From the IMG/VR virus record IMGVR_UViG_3300028573_000011, positions 31,442 to 95,441 of that record: a stretch of DNA of 64,000 nucleotides. The stretch is one strand, 5' to 3'. Both the position numbers and the translations under genes were made by a program. Under the pieces are notes generated by a model. It was given only the letters and a program-made list of their open reading frames with translations. It was not told the origin of the DNA and did not search any database. Positions 27,535 through 37,766 of the stretch are shown one piece after another. Position 1 is the stretch's first letter. Every line of letters starts with the position of its first letter. Source of the DNA: a virus.

Positions 27535-28221
27535 CTATGAGCGCGGACGCTCCGGCGGGAATGCCAGCGCGCCGAACAGGAGCAGGAGGGGCCAGGCGGG
27601 TACGCCTTGCTCGTGGGTATCGGCAGCTCGGATCGCGGCTGGGGACGCTGACGGCGTGCCGGGGTCGGATGCCTCGCAGACCACCGCGGCGTGCTCGTTG
27701 ATCGTCTCCGGCGTCGCGGTGTAGCCGTCAGGACATTGGGGCCCGGCGGGCCCGGACGGTCCGGTAGGGCCCGGGTTCCCGGCGGGGCCCTGTTCGCCGG
27801 CCGGGCCCGATGGCCCCGGCGGTCCAGGCTCGCCTTCCGCGCCGGCGGGACCGGCAGCTCCTTCCGCGCCGGTCGGTCCGGCTGGCCCGGCCGGGCCCGG
27901 AGATCCCGCTGGGCCCGCTGTTCCCGGCGCGCCGGATGGGCCAGCAGCGCCGGCGGGACCGGATTGGATCCGCTCGATGATCTGCTGTGGGGCGGGCTGG
28001 GATGGTGCGATCCCGTGCTGCTTCAGCTGTTCCTGGGCTCCGGTCAGGTTCACGGACAGGTCGGAGATCGTCTGGGCCTGGCGTGTTTGCTGCTGGCGCA
28101 GCCCTTGCAGCTGGTGCGAGGCCGCGCCGAGTTCGGCCAGCATGAAGCCCAGCACGATGCCCACGGCCGTGACCAGGACGGCCACGACCGCGTTCCACCA
28201 GTGGCGGCGGATCCAGTCCAT
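27535..28221 (-). CDS. membrane-anchored collagen-like protein (lysis cassette)
   Basis: N-terminal TM, coiled coil, Gly-X-Y run, C-terminal hydrophobic tail. Confidence 0.8.
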   Translation of the reverse strand: MDWIRRHWWNAVVAVLVTAVGIVLGFMLAELGAASHQLQGLRQQQTRQAQTISDLSVNLTGAQEQLKQHGIAPSQPAPQQIIERIQSGPAGAAGPSGAPGTAGPAGSPGPAGPAGPTGAEGAAGPAGAEGEPGPPGPSGPAGEQGPAGNPGPTGPSGPAGPQCPDGYTATPETINEHAAVVCEASDPGTPSASPAAIRAADTHEQGVPAWPLLLLFGALAFPPERPRS

Positions 28222-28586
28222 CAGTGGATGCCCTTCGACTGCCCCAGGAGCGTAACGACCACCAGCGCGAGCGCGGCCAGCGCGCTGATCAGCCCGATGG
28301 CCTTCTGCCAGGTGAGCTCCGCGCGAGAGCTGGTCTCGTCGCGGAGATCACGGATCTCTTTGCGTACTTCGTCAACGTCGCCGGACAGCGTCTGCCCGAG
28401 GTCCTTCGTGCTCTGCTCCACGCGCGCGATGTGCTCCACGAGCGCCTTGTGCTGGACGTTCCAGAGGGCGACCGGTAGGAGTTCGGTAGCCAGCCGCGTG
28501 ATCTGTGCCGCGAGGGCCTGGTCTGCGGTTTCCAGCCGAGCGATGGCGCGGCCGGCTTCGCGCGGGGTCAGCCCGTCGTCGGTCAC
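28221..28586 (-). CDS. coiled-coil protein with C-terminal TM (holin-like lysis accessory)
   Basis: C-terminal hydrophobic helix; follows the endolysin. Confidence 0.65.
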   Translation of the reverse strand: MTDDGLTPREAGRAIARLETADQALAAQITRLATELLPVALWNVQHKALVEHIARVEQSTKDLGQTLSGDVDEVRKEIRDLRDETSSRAELTWQKAIGLISALAALALVVVTLLGQSKGIH

Positions 28587-28603
28587 CAGATCTCCAGACG
28601 CGG

Positions 28604-29578
28604 TTACGGGGTGGCTAAGGCTGTGGCCAGGTGCGCGACGACGGCGGTCGCGATCTGGTCCGCGGTTGCCCCGGCAATCAGCAGCGGGGCCAGTGCGGCG
28701 GCCAGCGCCTTCGCGTCGACGGCCGGGGGCTGCTGGATCTTGACGGCCAGTGCGTTGACGGCGTCGCGGGCCTGCTTGGCGTACAGGGCCGCGGCCCGGG
28801 CGCCGCCGTCGGCCCAGATCAGCGCGGCGTCGTCGTCGAACTGGCCATTCGCCGGGAAGTCAGCCGCGATCTCCGGCCACTTCTGGCCGATGGTGGCTGG
28901 GATGGTGCCCATGAGGTCTCCGGAGGTGGTGGCGGTCGCTGTCGGCGTTTCCGCGCTGAGGAGGGTGAGGAGTTGCGCGACGGTGCCCCGGAAGGCGTTG
29001 TAGTCGAGCGCGCGACCGCCGTCGGTGGCCTGGTTGGTGTACTGGTACAGCGCGGGGGTCACACCGCCGTAGGCGTTCCAGCCCGAGGCCTTGTCCCCGG
29101 GGTACAGGTGCGTGGGGCTGCCGGCCCCCCCGGGGTAGGCCGAGGAGATGAGTCCCAGGCCGCGCGAGGTCAGGCCGCTCAGGCTCGGCGACCCGAGCTC
29201 CTGCCAGTACCAGTGCGGGAGGTAGACCAGGCGCAGCCGCAGTCCCGCCGCCTTCGCCGCGTCGGCGTAGGCCAGCACCTGGCTCAGGGTGGGTTTGGAC
29301 GAGCCGGACGGCTCGACGTCGAGCATGCCCGGCAGGGTCGGGTCGCCCACACACGCCTTGGTGTGCGCGATCTGCGCCGGGACGCTCTCGCTGGTCAGGA
29401 AGTGGTACCAGACGAAGGGCCGCTTCAGGCTCGCGGCCTGCCGCCGCCAGCCCTGGTACGCGGAGTCGGTGTAGTACGTGCCCTCGCTCGCCTTGGCGAT
29501 GACGAAGGAGGCGGCCGCGAGGCGCGACAGGTCCAGCCCGGCCTGATAGGCGGAGATGTCGGGTCCGTGGATCGTCAC
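28604..29578 (-). CDS. endolysin, GH25 muramidase
   Basis: DISAYQ, KASEG, YHF, LDVE, YQYT, LDYN motifs; GTG start 29578. Confidence 0.9.
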   Translation of the reverse strand: MTIHGPDISAYQAGLDLSRLAAASFVIAKASEGTYYTDSAYQGWRRQAASLKRPFVWYHFLTSESVPAQIAHTKACVGDPTLPGMLDVEPSGSSKPTLSQVLAYADAAKAAGLRLRLVYLPHWYWQELGSPSLSGLTSRGLGLISSAYPGGAGSPTHLYPGDKASGWNAYGGVTPALYQYTNQATDGGRALDYNAFRGTVAQLLTLLSAETPTATATTSGDLMGTIPATIGQKWPEIAADFPANGQFDDDAALIWADGGARAAALYAKQARDAVNALAVKIQQPPAVDAKALAAALAPLLIAGATADQIATAVVAHLATALATP

Positions 29579-29904
29579 GGCGTGGCCTCCTGGGGCGGTT
29601 CGTCTCCTGCTGCGGGAAAAGGCCCTGCGAGTCGTGCGGCGGCGGCGATCCCGGCGGCCGAGATGCGGGCGGGGACCCGGGGATGGTGCCGCTTGCAGGT
29701 CTTGAACGGTGTGCCCGGGACCGGGTGGATGGCTGGCCGCCAGCAGCGCTTCGGGTGGTCCACGTGGCAGAGGTGCCGCTTGTAGTGGGCGGCAAGGGTG
29801 CCGATGATGGCGAGTTCGCCGAGGTCGGAGCCCATGCCGGACCACCACATGTACCAGTAGCCTGATCCGCTGTCCAGGCCGAGCACGTGCGCGAGCCAGT
29901 TCAC
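29575..29904 (-). CDS. small membrane protein (holin candidate)
   Basis: Hydrophobic N-terminal half; directly upstream of the endolysin. Confidence 0.5.
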   Translation of the reverse strand: MNWLAHVLGLDSGSGYWYMWWSGMGSDLGELAIIGTLAAHYKRHLCHVDHPKRCWRPAIHPVPGTPFKTCKRHHPRVPARISAAGIAAAARLAGPFPAAGDEPPQEATP

Positions 29905-30347
29905 GCCGGCTCGTCTCTGGCCGGCACGAACTCGGCCGCGGCGTCAGAGCCGTCGCGTCGCCACCGGTTGGCCTCCCAGAGCGCCGCAGGCAGCACGTGG
30001 ATGCCGTAGTGGGTCCGGTGGTGCGCCGCGCACAGCACCTCCAGGTTCCCCGGGGACTCAGCCCAGGCCTGGAAATCCTCGTCGGAGTTGAAGTGCAGCC
30101 CCAGGGCTCGTTCGATCTTGTGCGGGTCGGTGTGGTTGATCTGGGAGAACTCCACGTGGGTGTGGTGGAGCTCCGGCGTGCCGTCGCAGAGGTCGTCGTC
30201 GATGACACACTTCCACAGGCCCTGGCGCTTCAGCCGGGCCTTCGCGGCTTCGAACAGGTGGTAATGGGGGTCGTTCTCGCGCGGGGCGTGTTCGGGGATG
30301 TGCGTCAGCAGATGCACTGTCTGGCGCTGGTCGTGGGCCGCGGTCAT
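29901..30347 (-). CDS. His/Cys-rich HNH-like protein
   Basis: C...C...ELHH...GNLEVLCAAHHR. Confidence 0.55.
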   Translation of the reverse strand: MTAAHDQRQTVHLLTHIPEHAPRENDPHYHLFEAAKARLKRQGLWKCVIDDDLCDGTPELHHTHVEFSQINHTDPHKIERALGLHFNSDEDFQAWAESPGNLEVLCAAHHRTHYGIHVLPAALWEANRWRRDGSDAAAEFVPARDEPA

Positions 30348-30386
30348 CGTGGTCCTGCCTGGAATTCGACTGTGGAGAGAACTTGG

Positions 30387-30923
30387 CTACGAATGCAGCC
30401 AGAACAGCGTGAAAGTCGATGTGATGTCCGAAGACGTGAAGGTGTTCAGCGGGCTTCCAGTGCTTTGCGACACGTACAGTTCGACATAGTCTCCTACGTT
30501 CAGGAAGACGGGCATCGAAACTGCCGGATATGCGGTTGCGTTTCCTGTGGACACCGGTGGTGCAAAGGTCGTGGTCCCCTGGATCACCGTGCCGTTCTTC
30601 GCGAACTTCACGCCTCGTGCGCTCGTACTGCTCGACGCGAAAGCGCCGCATCCAGCAAGCATGTACCAGCCGGCCACCTGGGCCGTGATCCTGGTGTTGT
30701 TGACCGAGTTGCTGTGCTGATTGTCGGTATCGAGATTCGATCCGTCATAGTTGACCGGAGCCCAGATGCCGCTGGGGATGGACTGTGTGGCGATCTGATA
30801 CACGGAGGCGGCCGGAACCGCTGTCAGAAAAGAGTTGCTGGCGGCAGGGCCCGCATTCCACAGAGCACCGGTCACCAGATTTCCCGGGGCTTGGTTTGCA
30901 CTGACGGGGACTGTCCGGGGCAC
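30387..30923 (-). CDS. tail fibre/receptor-binding protein with C1q/TNF-like head
   Basis: QSIPSG...TRITAQVAGWY...FLNVGDYVELYV; RBS AAGGAGG. Confidence 0.7.
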   Translation of the reverse strand: MPRTVPVSANQAPGNLVTGALWNAGPAASNSFLTAVPAASVYQIATQSIPSGIWAPVNYDGSNLDTDNQHSNSVNNTRITAQVAGWYMLAGCGAFASSSTSARGVKFAKNGTVIQGTTTFAPPVSTGNATAYPAVSMPVFLNVGDYVELYVSQSTGSPLNTFTSSDITSTFTLFWLHS

Positions 30924-30962
30924 GATACCCTCCTTTTTCTGTATTTCGCCGCAGGCACAAAT

Positions 30963-30989
30963 GCGCCCCGCACGGCATGTGCGGGGCGC
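30963..30989 (-). terminator. stem-loop between the tail protein and the RBP gene
   Basis: GCGCCCCGCAC-GGCAT-GTGCGGGGCGC, followed by ATTTGT on the minus strand. Confidence 0.6.
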
Positions 30990-31003
30990 TGAAGTGCTTG
31001 GGA

Positions 31004-33802
31004 TTAGTAGGCGAATTGGGCGGTATCGAATACCGCGAACGCGTCGTAGACGGTAGAACTGGTGACCCCGGCTGGCATCGGCTCGCAGACGGCAGCGCTG
31101 ACTGCGTGGTTCTGCGTGAGGTTCGCGGTCAGCGTGATGGTCACCGAGGTGTAGCCGGGCGACGTCACCGGAACCCCGCCGGTTGCGATCGTCACGGTCT
31201 CCTGCGTCCCGGCGCCGAGGTCCAGGACGAGCTGCTGGCCTCCGCACAGGGTGCCCGCGGCCGGGTTGGTCGCTGCGTCGGCCAGCGGGTTGAGCACGAT
31301 GGTGTTCGCGCCGGCGCTCGCCGGGTTCTTCAGCGTGGCGTGGATCGATGTGAAGACCGCATAGGGCGTCGTGGTGAACGGGCTGATCTGGAACGAGCTG
31401 GTCCAGTTCCCGCTGTCGTCGCCGGAGTGCGTGATCTGCTCGATGAAGCCGTCCATAGTGATCATCGGTGCAGGCGATGGCGGGCGGCGGTTGATCCGAA
31501 CGCGCTGGCCGAGGTCCAGCGCGAGCACGCTCGGGAAGAGGGCCGGGTTGGACCCCAGATCCACCAGCAGCTGCGAGATCCGCGGGTGGGGGTCCTTGTA
31601 CCTCGACAGGTGGAAGTTTGCTGCGTCCTGGCATTCGAAGCCCGACGAGGACTGGTTGTTCCGGGTCATCGTGCGGGTGCCGTAGGCGGCCTGGCTGGCT
31701 GCGTTCGCCGCGGAGAATTCCTGGTTGGTCGACGACTGCGTGACCACGATCGCGTTCGAGATGTGCGTCGTGTCGTCGTCGATCGTCAGGGACGTGTACG
31801 GCAGCTCCCCGGCGTTCTCACCGAACGTCGCCACGGGGGTCGTCGCCAGGTAGCGACGGCTGCGCGCCTGGAACGTGAGGGCTCCCCCGGCGGCGATGAA
31901 GTGCTGGCCGGCCTCGGTGTTGACGACGTCCTGCAGAGCACTGAGAGCGTCGGATCCGCTGATGTCGTTGCAGGGGCCCATGCTCAGCGTCGAGCCGGTG
32001 TCGATGCTCGTGGGCCCGGTGTAGCCGCCGTATCCGGCGATCCGGGCGTAGCGGCTGCCCGAGGACTCCCCGGTGAAAGCGGTACGCCATGCGCTGTACA
32101 GGTTCGCGATCTGGCCGTTGGTCAGGACCGTGGGCCACTGGGCGTAGTGCGCGAGGTCTCCGGCGAAGTTGCTGCCGATGGCGCCGCTGAGCGGCCACAT
32201 GCTGCCGCCGATGGATTCGTACGTGGCATTGGTCGGGTGCACGTCGAAGCCGCCGGAGGAGCCGGTGGCGACGTTCCCGTCGATCCAGAGGTTGACGGTC
32301 TGGCCGTTCGCCGACATCGTGATGAAGACCAGGTGCCAGTTGCCGTCGTTGGCCGTGACCGAGGTGTTGGTGACGCTGACTGAATGGTTGGCGGCGTTGT
32401 TGACCTGGACGAACAGCTGGGTTCCGGACGTGATCAGGTTGACGTTCCAGAAGTCGTTGAACAGCCCGCTCACGGCGCCCGGGGTGGCGCCCGCGAGGGC
32501 GTTGCCGCCCGCGGAGGTGGTGGTCGACCGGAACGCGATCATCCGGGTGAATCCGCCGGAGGGGACCCCGTTGATCCCGGCGGGACGCAGGTCCACGACG
32601 GTGCCGCCCGCAGTCGGGTTGGCGACGTTCAGCACGGGCCCGTCGGCGCCGAGGAAGGTACCGGCAGGCGTTGCCGAGGTGATCGACGTTCCTGGGGTCA
32701 GGATTCCTGTGCCCGTGGTTGAGCTGTAGGTCCCAGCAGCCGCCTTGCGGCCGGCCTGCTCGGCGAAGGTCGTCGCGCCCTGAGGGTCGTCGAGGCGGAA
32801 GAACCAGTCGGGGCCGAGCTTGGTGACCTCGTGCGTGAAGCAGTCGGTGAGCGTGCTCTGTGACAGCTGGGCCATGGCGTCGACGGCGACCGGGACGACG
32901 AGCCCGTAGGTGCCGCTGTACATCCACGACTGCGGGTAGCGCTCGATCATGCCGGCGTACACGGGGTACAGCTGGCCCGGCGTCGCGAAGGCCGAGGCGG
33001 TGGCCGCCTGCTCGAGCTGCATGCCGTCGGCCTGGAATGTCCAGTTCGAGCCGGGCGCGGTGGTCAGGGTGGCGCCGAAGGTGAGCGCAACCGCGCCGGC
33101 CGGGACGGTGCCGGTCTGGGTGACGGTGGTCCAGGTTGCCGTCGGCGAGCCGGTCAGCGTGACCGTGGAGGCGGTCGTGGTCGCGATGGTGGCGCCGCCG
33201 ATGCCCTGCCACAGCAGGAACGGCGTGATCACCGGGTTGGCGCCGGTCGTGGCCGACCGGACGTGCCGGGTGATGGTGTACTGCGTGCCCGGGGTGGCCA
33301 GGATCGAGGTGGGACCGAACGCGATCAGCACCTGCCCGGTCGTGGCCGCGCCTGCGACCGGCACTTGCCAGACCTGCGTGCCCTGCCAGGCGGACGCCGA
33401 TGCCGCGACGACGGGCGTCGCGTAGGCGCCGGTCACCAGCGATGAGGACGCCCCTGGGCTCAGGGGCGTGACCTCGCCGCCGGTGGCGACGTCGCCGTCG
33501 AGCAGGTTGACGCTCGGCGGCCAGTAGGCCCGCATGCGCCAGCCGCGGAACGGCACGACACCGGGCGCGAACGGGCTGGCGTTGTTGAACGGGTCGAGGT
33601 AGCCGTCCGTGTTCGTCCAGGAGCCGTTGAACTCTGCGGGCTGGACCTGGTCGAGCTCGTACTGCTTGCCCCGCATCGTGGACCAGGGCCCGTACAGTCG
33701 CGGCGTCAGATCGGTGTAGTAGGAGGCTGCGGTGTTGAAGTAGGGGTTGGAGCCGAAAGCGGCCTCGCCCCGGAGGTTCGGCCAGTTCGTGTTGATGGCC
33801 AT
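31004..33802 (-). CDS. tail tip protein with carbohydrate-binding and LamG-like domains
   Basis: Directly after the tape measure; DGMQLEQA, FFRLDDP, NDGNWHLV motifs. Confidence 0.8.
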   Translation of the reverse strand: MAINTNWPNLRGEAAFGSNPYFNTAASYYTDLTPRLYGPWSTMRGKQYELDQVQPAEFNGSWTNTDGYLDPFNNASPFAPGVVPFRGWRMRAYWPPSVNLLDGDVATGGEVTPLSPGASSSLVTGAYATPVVAASASAWQGTQVWQVPVAGAATTGQVLIAFGPTSILATPGTQYTITRHVRSATTGANPVITPFLLWQGIGGATIATTTASTVTLTGSPTATWTTVTQTGTVPAGAVALTFGATLTTAPGSNWTFQADGMQLEQAATASAFATPGQLYPVYAGMIERYPQSWMYSGTYGLVVPVAVDAMAQLSQSTLTDCFTHEVTKLGPDWFFRLDDPQGATTFAEQAGRKAAAGTYSSTTGTGILTPGTSITSATPAGTFLGADGPVLNVANPTAGGTVVDLRPAGINGVPSGGFTRMIAFRSTTTSAGGNALAGATPGAVSGLFNDFWNVNLITSGTQLFVQVNNAANHSVSVTNTSVTANDGNWHLVFITMSANGQTVNLWIDGNVATGSSGGFDVHPTNATYESIGGSMWPLSGAIGSNFAGDLAHYAQWPTVLTNGQIANLYSAWRTAFTGESSGSRYARIAGYGGYTGPTSIDTGSTLSMGPCNDISGSDALSALQDVVNTEAGQHFIAAGGALTFQARSRRYLATTPVATFGENAGELPYTSLTIDDDTTHISNAIVVTQSSTNQEFSAANAASQAAYGTRTMTRNNQSSSGFECQDAANFHLSRYKDPHPRISQLLVDLGSNPALFPSVLALDLGQRVRINRRPPSPAPMITMDGFIEQITHSGDDSGNWTSSFQISPFTTTPYAVFTSIHATLKNPASAGANTIVLNPLADAATNPAAGTLCGGQQLVLDLGAGTQETVTIATGGVPVTSPGYTSVTITLTANLTQNHAVSAAVCEPMPAGVTSSTVYDAFAVFDTAQFAY

Positions 33803-33811
33803 GGTGCCCCC

Positions 33812-36800
33812 TCAGCGCTTGTAGGCGGTGTACGAGGTGGAGTTGCGGCCGCCGAGCTGAAGCATTTGCGTCTGCATCAGGTTGCGGAGATCGCGTTCGG
33901 CCAGGACGGAGCCTGCGATGTAGATGTTGTTGACGTAGACCGGCGCGCCCCCGCCCGAGGCGGTTGAGACCATGGGCCCGGCGCCGCCGCCCTTCGAGGC
34001 GGCAGCCAGCATGTCGTTGGACAGGACGAACTCGCCGCCGTGGACGATGGCCAGCTGCGGCGCGCCCTTGGGCCCGGGCACGTAGCCGCCGACGTCGTAG
34101 GACGCCATGCGCGACTGGCCCTTGCCGTGGCCGACGGTGTTGCCGCCGACTACCACCACGCCGCTCGCGGCGAGCATCTTCTGGATGTCGGTCATACCGG
34201 TGACGCTGACGTTGAGGTTGGTCTGGATGTCCGGCGGGATCAGGCCCAGGGTGTCGATGTACGCCTGGACCTTCTTGCGGGTCGACTCGGAGGTCGAGGA
34301 GGTGTTGACCAGGGCCTGGATTTGGTCCTTCAGCGCCTGGGTGGCCGCCGGGATGCCCATCTTCCCGTTCTTGATGTTGTCGTTGTAGACGTCGACTGCA
34401 CCTTGAGCGGCCTGTCGGAGGGCGTCCCGGTTGGCCAGGGCGGCATCGCTGTTCCCGGTCAGCGCACTACCGTTGTCGATCAGGGCCTGCCGGACGTTCT
34501 TGAGCTGCTTCTGGAAGTTGTCCATGGCACCGGACATCTCGAGCCCGGCGGTCATGGTCTGCTGCGCCTGGGTAACGCCGTCGATCGCGCTCGCGGTGTC
34601 ATCCGCGGCAGCAGTCGTCTGGCCCAACGCCGCGTCCTGGCCTTGCAGAGCATCGGTGGCGTTCTGGGTGCTGGTGGCGGCGGTTGCCTGCTGGGCGGCC
34701 TGGCGGTCCAGGGCGGCGAAGTACTGTGGGAAGTCTTTCGCGGTGTTGATCAGTGCCTTGCCGTTCTTGTCGGTAGCGGCAGTGATCTGATCCATGATCG
34801 ACTTTGCTCGGTCGCCGTTGCCGCTGGCCACGAGGTTTGCCAGGGCGCCGTCGTAGTTCTTCGTCATCGACGCCCCGCCACCCATTTGCTGGCTGAGCTT
34901 GCCGATTACGATCCCGAACTGCGCCATCGGTTCGGTGTCGGCGCTGACCTTCAACCCCAGGCCGCTCATCAAACGGGTGACTTCGGCTCCCGAGCCGGCG
35001 AGCGCGGTACAGGCGTCGGAGGAGTCCATCAGCGCCACGGTCAGTTGGTCGACGCTGGGCCCCGCCTTGCTCGCTTCCCCCGTCAAATCGTTGAGCCACT
35101 TGCCGAGCCCGATGCCCGCCACTACAACGGCGCCGATGACGGGGAGGGACCGGCCGAGGGTACCCACCAGGCCGCCGATGCCGCTCGCTCCGGCCGCGGT
35201 CTCGGCTGCGGTGGTGCTGGCCACGGTCTCGGCGGTGAAGGTCTTCATACCGATGCCGGCGGCGGCCAGTCGCAGCTTCAGGGCATCGAGCGCTTCTTCC
35301 CCGAGCACCAGCTTGAGGACGAAGCCAGCGAATGCAACGCTCGTTTCGAGGATGCCGCGGAGCAGGGACACCATCAGCGCGGCCGAGGTCGTCAGGATCT
35401 TGGCGGTGAAAACCGCCAGCTGGGTGCTGCCTTCGACGACCGTCTTGATCAGCGCCGTGGTCATGCTCTTGACCCACATGCCCAGGGCCATCAGCAGGAC
35501 GCCGCCGATCACCATGGCGAGGCCTTCGACGACCTTCTTGTGCCGGGCCAACAGGCTCATACCCGACTCGAGCACGGGGATGAGCACGGAGCCGATCTTG
35601 ATGGCCGTGGCCGCAACTTCTTGCTTCAGCTGCTCGATCTTGAAGTTGAAGCCCGCGGTGATCGTGCCCCAGTTCTCGATGTCCTTGCCAGCGTGCTGCG
35701 ACGCCTCGGAGATCGTCTTGACGTTCTGGGTGTAGGCAGCGAGGTTGATGCCCCCGATCTGCAACGCGGTGTTGGTGTCCATCTGATCGCCGAGCATGTG
35801 CCGCAGCAGCCCGGCGTAGGTCTGGACGTCGGTGCCGCCACCGCGCAGCGCGAGGTTGAAGCTGCTCGCGTTCTTGTAGTTGGTCAGGAATTGCGAACCC
35901 ATCGCCTGAAGGTTCGGCGGCATCTCCTTGATCGCGGCGCTGTAGTCCTTCGTGGAGATCGTGCCGCTCACGACCTCCGTCGAGAGGTTCTTCAGGGCGG
36001 CCGGCATCGACTGGAGCATCGTCTGCAAGCCCTGCGCGGCGTCCTTGGAGCTCGCGAAGGTCTGGACCAGGTACTTCCCGTCCGGACCCATGTGGTTCAA
36101 GATCGCCTGGTTGACGATCTCGAGCGTGCCCGTCAGGCCCCTGCTGCCGAGGTTCTCCTGCAGGTCCGTGCTGGAGACGCCCATCTGGTTCATCCACTTG
36201 ATCGCGATCGCGTTGGGCGTCTGCAGCGAGCTGATCGTGTGGCCGAGCATCTGGGTTGCCTGGTCAGCGGAGGTTCCCTGGCGTGTCATCTCGGACATGG
36301 CGCCGAGCACCTCGGCCAGGCTGATCCCTGCGGCGTGGGCCTGTGGCAGCACGGAGTGCAGGGCCCCGGCGAAAGCCTGCATGCTCGTCTTGCCGAGGGA
36401 CACGGCCGCGACGATCTGGTTCATCACCGGGACGGCCGTCTTGCCGGTGGTGTCCCCCATGGCGGTCAGCGCCGTGGTCAGCGCGTTCGCGACCGTCACG
36501 ACGTCGGCGCCCTCGGCGCGCGCGCCCTCGGCGGCAACATTCAGGACATTGATGCCCTGGGCACCGTGGTAGCCCGCGGACTCCACGTAGTACATGGCGT
36601 CGGCCAGCTGCTTCGTGGAGGTGGCCGTGGTGACGGCCATCTTCAGCATCTGGTCGGAGACGTCCGCGATCGGGCCGACGAGCCGTCCGTGAACGATGCT
36701 GCCGGTCTCGCCCGCGGACGTGACGAGCTTGGTCATCGACTGCTGCCAGTCGCCGGCCAATTTGACGCTGACGGCCGCAACGCCCACCCCGGCCGCGGCA

Positions 36801-36952
36801 ACCATCCCGCCGACCTTGGTCATCGCCGGGCCGAGGCCGCCCATCTTGTTGATGAGCGACTCGCCCTCGACGCCGACCGCCTTGAGCTCGCTCTTCAGCG
36901 GCCCGGACAGCAGGGTGAGCTTGATGAAGAGATCGGCAACCTCGGCAGCCAC
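33812..36952 (-). CDS. tape measure protein
   Basis: 1046 aa, Ala-rich helical with central hydrophobic stretch; C-terminal YDVGGYVPG...AIVHGGE. Confidence 0.92.
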   Translation of the reverse strand: MAAEVADLFIKLTLLSGPLKSELKAVGVEGESLINKMGGLGPAMTKVGGMVAAAGVGVAAVSVKLAGDWQQSMTKLVTSAGETGSIVHGRLVGPIADVSDQMLKMAVTTATSTKQLADAMYYVESAGYHGAQGINVLNVAAEGARAEGADVVTVANALTTALTAMGDTTGKTAVPVMNQIVAAVSLGKTSMQAFAGALHSVLPQAHAAGISLAEVLGAMSEMTRQGTSADQATQMLGHTISSLQTPNAIAIKWMNQMGVSSTDLQENLGSRGLTGTLEIVNQAILNHMGPDGKYLVQTFASSKDAAQGLQTMLQSMPAALKNLSTEVVSGTISTKDYSAAIKEMPPNLQAMGSQFLTNYKNASSFNLALRGGGTDVQTYAGLLRHMLGDQMDTNTALQIGGINLAAYTQNVKTISEASQHAGKDIENWGTITAGFNFKIEQLKQEVAATAIKIGSVLIPVLESGMSLLARHKKVVEGLAMVIGGVLLMALGMWVKSMTTALIKTVVEGSTQLAVFTAKILTTSAALMVSLLRGILETSVAFAGFVLKLVLGEEALDALKLRLAAAGIGMKTFTAETVASTTAAETAAGASGIGGLVGTLGRSLPVIGAVVVAGIGLGKWLNDLTGEASKAGPSVDQLTVALMDSSDACTALAGSGAEVTRLMSGLGLKVSADTEPMAQFGIVIGKLSQQMGGGASMTKNYDGALANLVASGNGDRAKSIMDQITAATDKNGKALINTAKDFPQYFAALDRQAAQQATAATSTQNATDALQGQDAALGQTTAAADDTASAIDGVTQAQQTMTAGLEMSGAMDNFQKQLKNVRQALIDNGSALTGNSDAALANRDALRQAAQGAVDVYNDNIKNGKMGIPAATQALKDQIQALVNTSSTSESTRKKVQAYIDTLGLIPPDIQTNLNVSVTGMTDIQKMLAASGVVVVGGNTVGHGKGQSRMASYDVGGYVPGPKGAPQLAIVHGGEFVLSNDMLAAASKGGGAGPMVSTASGGGAPVYVNNIYIAGSVLAERDLRNLMQTQMLQLGGRNSTSYTAYKR

Positions 36953-37006
36953 GGCGCCCCCTCACGGATGTCGTCGACGTCCGCGAGGCGCGGCGGTGAG
37001 GGGCGA

Positions 37007-37474
37007 TCAGATGAGCGTTTTCCAGCCGGCGCCGAAGTTCTTGGCGTAGATCAGCGAGGCCGGGACGCCCATGGCGAAGCGGAAGGCCGGCTGGAGGAAG
37101 GGATACTTAGCGCCGTTGACCAGGCCGGCGACTTCCAGGTAGTAGCCGTACTTGTTGGCCGGCGTCTTCGAGCCGTACGACGAGGGGAAGCCGACAGCGG
37201 TCCCGACCAGGATCTCCAGGGTGTCGCCGACCGTGCGTACCGCGGTGTGGGTGATCGCGCGTCGCAGGTTGCCGGAGATGACTGCCGGGCCTTCGCCGGG
37301 CAGCGCTGGGGTCCGGGTACCGACCTTGTGGGCCCCGTTGCTGGCGTTGATCTTTGCCTGCTTCTCGATCGTCAGCGCCAGCTCTGTCAGGGTCTTGGCG
37401 GACTTTCTGCGGGTTTCGGCTGCGATCTCGGTGCAGAGCTTCGTGAACACACCCGGCGTGAGTTCGGTGGCCAA
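37007..37474 (-). CDS. HK97 gp10-like neck/tail-completion protein
   Basis: PAVISGNLRRAI, YGYYLE.G, KYPFLQPA. Confidence 0.75.
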   Translation of the reverse strand: MATELTPGVFTKLCTEIAAETRRKSAKTLTELALTIEKQAKINASNGAHKVGTRTPALPGEGPAVISGNLRRAITHTAVRTVGDTLEILVGTAVGFPSSYGSKTPANKYGYYLEVAGLVNGAKYPFLQPAFRFAMGVPASLIYAKNFGAGWKTLI

Positions 37475-37475
37475 G

Positions 37476-37766
37476 TCACCACCTCACTTCGGTCGCTCCT
37501 GGCTTCTGCTGGGCGCTGCGGTGAGCACGTTCCGCGGCGGCGTTGTTCGCGCGGCGCCCCTCCATGAGGAAGATCCAGCAGACTTGCCGCACGTAGTGCG
37601 GAGTGGCTTGATACTCGTCCCAGGTCCAGCGCATCTCACGCATGAGCTCGAACATCACCCACTCCTCCGGGGCAGCCCCGGATGCCCACGTCCCGTCGAG
37701 AATGCTCTCGACGTCGGTCAGGACGCTGGCGAATCCGGGGTCGTCGAAGGGGAGCCGTTCGCCCCC
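37476..37766 (-). CDS. tail assembly chaperone frameshift extension (gpT-like)
   Basis: -1 frame is open across the end of the TAC gene: GGERLPFDDPGFASVLTDVESILDGTW...WTWDEY. Confidence 0.55.
   Translation of the reverse strand, partial: GGERLPFDDPGFASVLTDVESILDGTWASGAAPEEWVMFELMREMRWTWDEYQATPHYVRQVCWIFLMEGRRANNAAAERAHRSAQQKPGATEVRW

Noticed and set aside
27735-27965. GC-rich 9-bp periodic repeats
   Set aside because: Explained by the Gly-X-Y collagen-like coding sequence, common in actinophage lysis regions.
34040-37567. 1175-aa plus-strand ORF and many other long antisense ORFs (e.g. 12212-13927, 43356-45632, 52613-54796)
   Set aside because: Shadow ORFs of high-GC3 minus-strand genes; no motifs, and fully overlapping well-supported genes.
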